Of a stretch of 64,000 nt of DNA, positions 53,201 through 64,000 are shown piece after piece. Numbering within the stretch: the first letter of the stretch is position 1; each line of letters starts with the position of its first letter. The DNA is taken from positions 46,502,001 to 46,566,000 of the forward strand of contig NC_086108.1 in assembly GCF_963921235.1 (NCBI RefSeq), in the 5' to 3' direction. The position numbers and the translations under genes are program-made. This DNA is from Mobula hypostoma (Eukaryota). The notes beneath the pieces were generated by a model that saw only the letters and a program-made list of their open reading frames with translations, was not told where the DNA came from and ran no database searches.

Positions 53201-56200
53201 CACCCTCACACTCCCACTGTTCCCATCTACCCTTCACCCCCACACTCCCACTGTTCCCATCTGCCCTTCACCCTCACACTCCCACTGTTCCCATCTACCC
53301 TTCACCCTCACACTCCCACTGTTCCCATCGACCATTCACCCTCACACTCCCACTGTTCCCATCTGCCCTTCACCCTCACACTCCCACTGTTCCCATCTGC
53401 CCTTCACCCTCACACCTCCACTGTACCCATCTGCCCTTCACCCTCACACTCCCACTGTTCCCATCTGCCCTTCACCCCCACACTCCCACTGTTCCCATCT
53501 GCCCTTCACCCTCACACTCCCACTGTTCCCATCTACCCTTCACCCCCACACTCCCACTGTTCCCATCTACCATTCACCCTCACACTCCCACTGTTCCCAT
53601 CTACCCTTCACCCTCACACTCCCACTGTTCCCATCTGCCCTTCACCCTCACACTCCCACTGTTCCCATCTACCCTTCACCCTCACACTCCCACTGTTCCC
53701 ATCTACCCTTCACCCTCACACTCCCACTGTTCCCATCTACCATTCACCCTCACACTCCCACTGTTCCCATCTACACTTCACCCCAACACTCCCACTGTTC
53801 CCATCTGCCCTTCACCCCCACACTCCCACTGTTCCCATCTGCCCTTCACACTCACACTCCCACTGTTCCCATCTACCCTTCACCCGCACACTCCCACTGT
53901 ACCCATCTGCCCTTCACCCGCACACTCCCACTGTTCCCAAATGCCCTTCACCCGCACACTCCCATTGTTCCCAAGTGCCCTTCACGCACACATTCCCACT
54001 GTTCCCATCTGCCCTTCACCCTCACACTCCCACTGTTCCCATCTACCCTTCAACCTCACACTCCCACTGTTCCCATCTGCCCTTCACCCTCACACTCCCA
54101 CTGTTCCCATCTGCCCTTCACCCTCACACTCCCACTGTTCCCATCTACCCTTCACCCTCACACTCCCACTGTTCCCATCTGCCCTTCACCCCCACACTCC
54201 CACTGTTCCCATCTGCCCTTCACCCTCACACTCCCACTGTTCCCATCTACCCTTCACCCTCACATTCCCACTGTTCCCATCTGCCCTTCACCCTCACACT
54301 CCCACTGTTCCCATCTGCCCTTCACCCCCACACTCCCACTGTTCCCATCTATCCTTCACCCCCACACTCCCACTGTTCCCATCTACCATTCACCCTCACA
54401 CTCCCACTGTTCCCATCTGCCCTTCACCCTCACACTCCCACTGTTCCCATCTGCCCTTCACCCTCACATTCCCACTGTTCCCATCTACACTTCACCCTCA
54501 CACACCCACTGTTCCCATCTGCCCTTCACCCTCACACCTCCACTGTACCCATCCTCCCTTCACCCCAACACTCCCACTGTTCCCATCTGCCCTTCACCCC
54601 CACACTCCCACGGTTCCCATCTGCCCTTCACCCTCACACTCCCACTGTTCCCATCTACCCTTCACCCCCACACTCCCACTGTTCCCATCTGCCCTTCACC
54701 CTCACACTCCCACTGTTCCCATCCACCCTTCACCCTCACACTCCCACTGTTCCCATCTACCCTTCACCCCCACACTCCCACTGTTCCCATCTACCCTTCA
54801 CCCTCACACTCCCACTGTTCCCATCTACCCTTCACCCTCACACTCCCACTGTTCCCATCTACCCTTCACCCTCACACTCCCACTGTTCCCATCTACCCTT
54901 CACCCTCACACTCCCACTGTTCCCATCTACCCTTCACCCCCACACTCCCACTGTTCCCATCTACCCTTCACCCTCACACTCCCACTGTTCCCATCTACCC
55001 TTCACCCTCACACTCCCACTGTTCCCATCTACCCTTCACCCCCACACTCCCACTGTTCCCATCTGCCCTTCACCCTCACACTCCCACTGTTCCCATCTAC
55101 CCTTCACCCTCACACTCCCACTGTTCCCATCTACCATTCACCCTCACACTCCCACTGTTCCCATCTGCCCTTCACCCTCACACTCCCACTGTTCCCATCT
55201 GCCCTTCACCCTCACACCTCCACTGTACCCATCTGCCCTTCACCCTCACACTCCCACTGTTCCCATCTGCCCTTCACCCCCACACTCCCACTGTTCCCAT
55301 CTGCCCTTCACCCTCACACTCCCACTGTTCCCATCTACCCTTCACCCCCACACTCCCACTGTTCCCATCTACCCTTCACCCTCACACTCCCACTGTTCCC
55401 ATCTACCCTTCACCCTCACACTCCCACTGTTCCCATCTGCCCTTCACCCTCACACTCCCACTGTTCCCATCTACCCTTCTCCCTCACACTCCCACTGTTC
55501 CCATCTACCCTTCACCCTCACAATCCCACTGTTCCCATCTACCATTCACCCTCACACTCCCACTGTTCCCATCTACACTTCACCCCAACACTCCCACTGT
55601 TCCCATCTGCCCTTCACCCCCACACTCCCACTGTTCCCATCTGCCCTTCACCCTCACACTCCCACTGTTCCCATCTACCCTTCACCCGCACACTCCCACT
55701 GTTCCCATCTGCCCTTCACCCGCACACTCCCACTGTTCCCATCTGCCCTTCACCCGCACACTCCCACTGTTCCCATCTGCTCTTCACCCCCACACTCCCA
55801 CTGTTCCCATCTGCCCTTCACCCGCACACTCCCACTGTTCCCATCTACCCTTCACCCTCACACTCCCACTGTTCCCATCTGCCCTTCACCCACACACTCC
55901 CACTGTTCCCATCTGCCCTTCACCCTCACACTCCCACTGTTCCCATCTACCCTTCACCCTCACACTCCCACTGTTCCCATCTGCCCTTCACCCCCACACT
56001 CCCACTGTTCCCATCTGCCCTTCACCCTCACACTCCCACTGTTCCCATCTACCATTCACCCTCACACTCCCACTGTTCCCATCTGCCCTTCACCCTCACA
56101 CTCCCACTGTTCCCATCTGCCCTTCACCCTCACACTCCCACTGTTCCCATCTACCCTTCACCCTCACACTCCCACTGTTCCCATCTGCCCTTCACCCTCA

Positions 56201-59200
56201 CACTCCCACTGTTCCCATCTACCCTTCACCCTCACACTCCCACTGTTCCCATCTACCCTTCACCCTCACACTCCCACTGTTCCCATCTACCCTTCACCCT
56301 CACACTCCCACTGTTCCCATCTACCCTTCACCCTCACACTCCCACTGTTCCCATCTACCCTTCACCCTCACACTCCCACTGTTCCCATCTGCCCTTCACC
56401 CCCACACTCCCACTGTTCCCATCTGCCCTTCACCCTCACACTCCCACTGTTCCCATCTACCCTTCACCCTCACACTCCCACTGTTCCCATCTACCCTTCA
56501 CCCTCACACTCCCACTGTTCCCATCTGCCCTTCACCCTCACACTCCCACTGTTCCCATCTGCCCTTCACCCTCACACCTCCACTGTTCCCATCTGCCCTT
56601 CACCCTCACACTCCCACTGTTCCCATCTGCCCTTCACCCCCACACTCCCACGGTTCCCATCTGCCCTTCACCCTCACACTCCCACTGTTCCCATCTACCC
56701 TTCACCCCCACACTCCCACTGTTCCCATCTACCATTCACCCTCACACTCCCACTGTTCCCATCTACCCTTCACCCTCACACTCCCACTGTTCCCATCTAC
56801 CCTTCACCCTCACACTCCCACTGTTCCCATCTACCATTCACCCTCACACTCCCACTGTTCCCATCTACACTTCACCCCAACACTCCCACTGTTCCCATCT
56901 GCCCTTCACCCCCACACTCCCACTGTTCCCATCTTCCCTTCACACTCACACTCCCACTGTTCCCATCTACCCTTCACCCGCACACTCCCACTGTTCCCAT
57001 CTGCCCTTCACCCGCACACTCCCACTGTTCCCATCTGCCCTTCACCCGCACACTCCCACTGTTCCCAAGTGCCCTTCACCCACACATTCCCACTGTTCCC
57101 ATCTGCCCTTCACCCTCACACTCCCACTGTTCCCATCTACCCTTCACCCTCACACTCCCACTGTTCCCATCTACCCTTCACCCTCACACTCCCACTGTTC
57201 CCATCTGCCCTTCACCCTCACACTCCCACTGTTCCCATCTGCCCTTCACCCTCACACTCCCACTGTTCCCATCTGCCCTTCACCCTCACACTCCCACTGT
57301 TCCCATCTACCCTTCACCCTCACACTCCCACTGTTCCCATCTGCCCTTCACCCTCACACTCCCACTGTTCCCATCTGCCCTTCACCCCCACACTCCCACT
57401 GTTCCCATCTTCCCTTCACCCCCACACTCCCACTGTTCCCATCTACCCTTCACCCTCACACTCCCACTGTTCCCATCTGCCCTTCACCCTCACACTCCCA
57501 CTGTTCCCATCTGCCCTTCACCCTCACACCTCCCACTGTTCCCATCTACCTTCACCCTCACACTCCCACTGTTCCCATCTGCCCTTCACCCTCACACCAC
57601 CACTGTACCCATCTGCCCTTCACCCTCACACTCCCACTGTTCCCATCTGCCCTTCACCCTCACACTCCCACTGTTCCCATCTGCCCTTCACCCTCACACT
57701 CCCACTGATCCCATCTACCCTTCACCCTCACACTCCCACTATTCCCATCTGACCTTCACCCTCACACTCCCACTGTTCCCATCTGCCCTTCACCCTCACA
57801 CTCCCACTGTTCCCATCTACCCTTCACCCTCACACTCCCACTGTTCCCATCTACCCTTCACCCGCACACTCCCACTGTTCCCATCTGCCCTTCACCCTCA
57901 CACTCCCACTGTTCCCATCTGCCCTTCACCCCCACACTCCCACTGTTCCCATCTATCCTTCACCCTCACACTCCCACTGTTCCCATCTGCCCTTCACCCC
58001 CACACTCCCACTGTTCCCATCAGCCCTTCACCCTCACACTCCCACTGTTCCCATCTACCATTCACCCTCACACTCCCACTGTTCCCATCTGCCCTTCACC
58101 CCCACACTCCCACTGTTCCCATCTATCCTTCACCCCCACACTCCCACTGTTCCCATCTACCCTTCACCCTCATACTCCCAATGATTCCCATCTGCCCTTC
58201 ACCCCCACACTCCCACTGTTCCCATCTGACCTTCACCCTCACACTCCCACTGTTCCCATCTACCCTTCACCCTCACACTCCCACTGTTCCCATCTACCCT
58301 TCACCCTCACACTCCCACTGTTCCCATCTGCCCTTCACCCTCACACTCCCACTGTTCCCATCTGACCTTCACCCTCACACTCCCACTGTTCCCACCTGCC
58401 CTTCACACTCACACTCCCACTGTTCCCATCCACCCTTCACCGCCACACTCCCACTGTTCCCATCTGCCCTTCACACTCACACTCCCACTGTTCCCATCTA
58501 CCCTTCACCCGCACACTCCCACTGTTCCCATCTGCCATTCACCCTCACACTCCCACTGTTCCCATCTGCCCTTCACCCCCACACTCCCACTGTTCCCATC
58601 TATCCTTCACCCTCACACTCCCACTGTTCCCATCTGCCCTTCACCCCCACACTCCCACTGTTCCCATCTGCCCTTCACCCTCACACTCCCACTGTTCCCA
58701 TCTACCCTTCACCCGCACATTCCCACTGTTCCCATCTGCCCTTCACCCTCACACTCCCACTGTTCCCATCTGCCCTTCACCCCCACACTCCCACTGTTCC
58801 CATCTATCCTTCACCCCCACACTCCCACTGTTCCCATCTACCCTTCACCCTCACACTCCCACTGTTCCCATCTGCCCTTCACCCCCACACTCCCACGGTT
58901 CCCATCTGCCCTTCACCCTCACACTCCCACTGTTCCCATCTACCCTTCACCCCCACACTCCCACTGTTCCCATCCACCCTTCACCCTCACACTCCCACTG
59001 TTCCCATCCACCCTTCACCCTCACACTCCCACTGTTCCCATCAACCCTTCACCCCCACACTCCCACTGTTCCCATCTGCCCTTCACCCTCACACTCCCAC
59101 TGTTCCCATCTGCCCTTCACCCGCACACTCCCACTGTTCCCATCTGCCCTTCACACCCACACTCCCACTGTTCCCATCTACCCTTCACCCTCACACTCCC

Positions 59201-62200
59201 ACTGTTCCCATCTACCCTTCACCCTCACACTCCCACTGTTCCCATCTACCCTTCACCCCCACACTCCCACTGTTCCCATCTACCCTTCACCCTCACACTC
59301 CCACTGTTCCCATCTACCCTTCACCCTCACACTCCCACTGTTCCCATCTACCCTTCACCCTCACACTCCCACTGTTCCCATCTGCCCTTCACCCTCACAC
59401 TCCCACTGTTCCCATCTACCCTTCACCCTCACACTCCCACTGTTCCCATCCACCATTCACCCTCACACTCCCACTGTTCCCATCTGCCCTTCACCCTCAC
59501 ACTCCCACTGTTCCCATCTGCCCTTCACCCCCACACTCCCACTGTTCCCATCTACCCTTCACCCTCACACTCCCACTGTTCCCATCTGCCCTTCACCCTC
59601 ACACTCCCACTGTTCCCATCTGCCCTTCACCCCCACACTCCCACTGTTCCCATCTGCCCTTCACCCTCACACTCCCACTGTTCCCATCTACCCTTCACCC
59701 CCACACTCCCACTGTTCCCATCTACCATTCACCCTCACACTCCCACTGTTCCCATCTACCCTTCACCCTCACACTCCCACTGTTCCCATCTGCCCTTCAC
59801 CCTCACACTCCCACTGTTCCCATCTACCATTCACCCTCACACTCCCACTGTTCCCATCTACACTTCACCCCAACACTCCCACTGTTCCCATCTGCCCTTC
59901 AGCCCCACACTCCCACTGTTCCCATCTGCCCTTCACCCTCACACTCCCACTGTTCCCATCTACCCTTCACCCGCACACTCCCACTGTTCCCATCTGCCCT
60001 TCACCCGCACACTCCCACTGTTCCCATCTGCCCTTCACCCGCACACTCCCACTGTTCCCATCTACCCTTCACCCTCACACTCCCACTGTTCCCATCTACC
60101 CTTCACCCTCACACTCCCACTGTTCACATCTGCCCTTCACCCCACACTCCCACTGTTCCCATCTACCCTTCACCCTCACACTCCCACTGTTCCCATCTGC
60201 CCTTCACCCCCGCACTCCCACTGTTCCCACCCGCCCTTCACACTCACACTCGCACTGTTCCCATCTACCATTCACCCTCACACTCCCACTGTTCCCATCT
60301 GCCCTTCACCCTCACACTCCCACTGTTCCCATCTACCCTTCACCCGCACACTCCCACTGTTCCCATCTGCCCTTCACCCTCACACTCCCACTGTTCCCAT
60401 CTGCCCTTCACCCCCACACTCCCACTGTTCCCATCTATCCTTCACCCCCACACTCCCACTGTTCCCATCTACCATTCACCCTCACACTCCCACTGTTCCC
60501 ATCTGCCCTTCACCCTCACACTCCCACTGTTCCCATCTGCCCTTCACCCTCACACTCCCACTGTTCCCATCCTCCCTTCACCCCAACACTCCCACTGTTC
60601 CCATCTGCCCTTCACCCCCACACTCCCACGGTTCCCATCTGCCCTTCACCCTCACACTCCCACTGTTCCCATCTACCCTTCACCCCCACACTCCCACTGT
60701 TCCCATCCACCCTTCACCCTCACACTCCCACTGTTCCCATCCACCCTTCACCCTCACACTCCCACTGTTCCCATCTATCCTTCACCCCCACACTCCCACT
60801 GTTCCCATCTACCCTTCACCCTCACACTCCCACTGTTCCCATCTACCCTTCACCCTCACACTCCCACTGTTCCCATCTACCCTTCACCCTCACACTCCCA
60901 CTGTTCCCATCTACCCTTCACCCTCACACTCCCACTGTTCCCATCTACCCTTCAGCCCCACACTCCCAGTGTTCCCATCTACCCTTCACCCTCACACTCC
61001 CACTGTTCCCATCCACCCTTCACCCTCACACTCCCACTGTTCCCATCTACCCTTCAGCCCTCACACTCCCACTGTTCCCATCTGCCCTTCACCCTCACAC
61101 TCCCACTGTTCCCATCTACCCTTCACCCTCACACTCCCACTGTTCCCATCTACCCTTCACCCTCACACTCCCACTGTTCCCATCTGCCCTTCACCCTCAC
61201 ACTCCCACTGTTCCCATCTGCCCTTCACCCTCACACTCCCACTGTTCCCATCTGCCCTTCACCCTCACACTCCCACTGTTCCCATCTACCCTTCACCCCC
61301 ACACTCCCACTGTTCCCATCTGCCCTTCACCCTCACACTCCCACTGTTCCCATCTACCCTTCACCCTCACACTCCCACTGTTCCCATCTACCATTCACCC
61401 TCACACTCCCACTGTTCCCATCTACCCTTCACCCTCACACTCCCACTGTTCCCATCTGCCCTTCACCCTCACACTCCCACTGTTCCCATCTACCCTTCAC
61501 CCTCACACTCCCACTGTTCCCATCTACCCTTCACCCTCACACTCCCACTGTTCCCATCTACCATTCACCCTCACACTCCCACTGTTCCCATCTACACTTC
61601 ACCCCAACACTCCCACTGTTCCCATCTGCCCTTCACCCCCACACTCCCACTGTTCCCATCTAACCTTCACCCTCACACTCCCACTGTTCCCATCTACCCT
61701 TCACCCTCACACTCCCACTGTTCCCATCTGCCCTTCACCCGCACACTCCCACTGTTCCCATCTGCCCTTCACCCGCACACTCCCACTGTTCCCATCTGCC
61801 CTTCACCCCCACACTCCCACTGTTCCCATCTGCCCTTCACCCGCACACTCCCACTGTTCCCATCCACCCTTCACCCTCACACTCCCACTGTTCCCATCTG
61901 CCCTTCACCCACACACTCCCACTGTTCCCATCTGCCCTTCACCCTCACACTCCCACTGTTCCCATCTACCCTTCAACCTCACACTCCCACTGTTCCCATC
62001 TGCCCTTCACCCCCACACTCCCACTGTTCCCATCTGCCCTTCAACCCCACACTCCCACTGTTCCCATCTACCCTTCACCCTCACACTCCCACTGTTCCCA
62101 TCTGCCCTTCACCCTCACACTCCCACTGTTCCCATCTGCCCTTCACCCTCACACTCCCACTGTTCCCATCTACACTTCACCCTCACACTCCCACTGTTCC

Positions 62201-64000
62201 CATCTGCCCTTCACCCTCACACTCCCACTGTTCCCATCTACCCTTCACCCCAACACTCCCACTGTTCCCATCTGCCCTTCACCCCCACACTCCCACTGTT
62301 CCCATCTGCCCTTCACCCTCACACTCCCACTGTTCCCATCTACCCTTCACCCCCACACTCCCACTGTTCCCATCCACCCTTCACCCTCACACTCCCACTG
62401 TTCCCATCCACCCTTCACCCTCACACTCCCACTGTTCCCATCTATCCTTCACCCCCACACTCCCACTGTTCCCATCTACCCTTCACCATCACACTCCCAC
62501 TGTTCCCATCTACCCTTCACCCTCACACTCCCAGTGTTCCCATCTACCCTTCACCCTCACACTCCCACTGTTCCCATCTACCCTTCACCCTCACGCTCCC
62601 ACTGTTCCCATCTACCCTTCAGCCCCACACTCCCACTGTTCCCATCTGCCCTTCACCCTCACACTCCCACTGTTCCCATCTACCCTTCACCCTCACACTC
62701 CCACTGTTCCCATCTACCATTCACCCTCACACTCCCACTGTTCCCATCTGCCCTTCACCCTCACACTCCCACTGTTCCCATCTGCCCTTCACCCTCACAC
62801 TCCCACTGTTCCCATCTGCCCTTCACCCTCACACTCCCAATGTTCCCATCTGCCCTTCACCCCCACAGTCCCACTGTTCCCATCTCCCCTTCACCCTCAC
62901 ACTCCCACTCTTCCCATCGACCCTTCACCTCCACACTCCCACTGTTCCCATCTACCATTCACCCTCACACTCCCACTGTTCCCATGTACCCTTCACCCTC
63001 ACACTCCCACTGTTCCCATCTACCCTTCACCCTCACACTCCCACTGTTCCCATCTACCATTCACCCTCACACTCCCACTGTTCCCATCTACCCTTCACCC
63101 ACACACTCCCACTGTTCCCATCTGCCCTTCACCCCCACACTCCCACTGTTCCCATCTAACCTTCACACTCACACTCCCACTGATCCCATCTACCCTTCAC
63201 CCGCACACTCCCACTGTACCTCATCTGCCCTTCACCCGCACACTCCCACTGTTCCCAAATGCCCTTCACCCGCACACTCCCACTGTTCCCAAGTGCCCTT
63301 CACCCACACATTCCCACTGTTCCCATCTGCCCTTCACCCTCACACTCCCACTGTTCCCATCTACCCTTCACCCTCACACTCCCACTGTTCCCATCTGCCC
63401 TTCACCCCCACACTCCCACTGTTCCCATCTGCCCTTCACCCTCACACTCCCACTGTTCCCATCTACCCTTCACCCTCACACTCCCACTGTTCCCATCTGC
63501 CCTTCACCCCCACACTCCCACTGTTCCCATCTGCCCTTCACCCTCACACTCCCACTGTTCCCATCTACCCTTCACCCGCACACTCCCACTGTTCCCATCT
63601 GCCCTTCACCCTCACACTCCCACTGTTCCCATCTGCCCTTCACCCCCACACTCCCACTGTTCCCATCTATCCCTCACCCCCACACTCCCACTGTTCCCAT
63701 CTACCCTTCACCCTCACACTCCCACTGTTCCCATCTGCCCTTCACCCTCACACTCCCACTGTTCCCATCTGCCCTTCACCCTCACATTCCCACTGTTCCC
63801 ATCTACACTTCACCCTCACACTCCCACTGTTCCCATCTGCCCTTCACCCTCACACCACCACTGTACCCATCTGCCCTTCACCCTCACACTCCCACTGTTC
63901 CCATCTGCCCTTCACCCTCACACTCCCACTGTTCCCATCTGCCCTTCACCCTCACACTCCCACTGTTCCCATCTACCCTTCACCCTCACACTCCCACTGT
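29248..64000. repeat. 34-bp tandem satellite, about 1,020 units; consensus CCCATCTRCCCTTCACCCYCACACTCCCACTGTT; continues past the window end
   Basis: Read directly. Three units give the 34-aa period seen in the ORF track. The C-rich plus strand has only 1-2 G per unit. Confidence 0.99.

Noticed and set aside
29489..61663. Giant Pro/His/Ser/Thr-rich ORFs (up to 3,166 aa)
   Set aside because: The consensus 34-bp unit has no stop in any plus frame. All three frames give the same 34-aa cycle, starts come from sporadic variants, and the ORFs are antisense to the real gene.
29248..64000. CRISPR-like array (34-bp period)
   Set aside because: Head-to-tail repeats with no unique spacers, no cas genes, and a vertebrate context.
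29248..64000. Telomeric repeat
   Set aside because: No (TTAGGG)n; only the G-strand asymmetry is similar.

Overview
Vertebrate genomic DNA. The repeat families point to a cartilaginous fish, probably a ray or shark (inference). Positions 1-29.2 kb carry part of a minus-strand selectin gene (P-selectin-like): one 108-bp EGF exon and eight phase-1 sushi/CCP exons that splice into one open frame, including one GC-AG intron. The lectin exon and the TM/cytoplasmic exons are not in the window. The introns are filled with transposons: a near full-length CR1 with an esterase ORF1, an internally deleted hAT with 8-bp TSD, a chromodomain Gypsy element with 5-bp TSD, and L1, Rex/Babar, Tc1 and Penelope fragments. 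The Gypsy RT is split by a full-length RTE whose 5' end looks like an HDV-type ribozyme. Positions 29,248-64,000 are one ~34.7-kb array of a 34-bp satellite (about 1,020 units). It starts in the 3' tail of a Penelope remnant, has four GGG tracts per unit on the gene's sense strand, and shows multi-kb higher-order duplications. The huge ORFs in the array are artefacts of a stop-free repeat unit.
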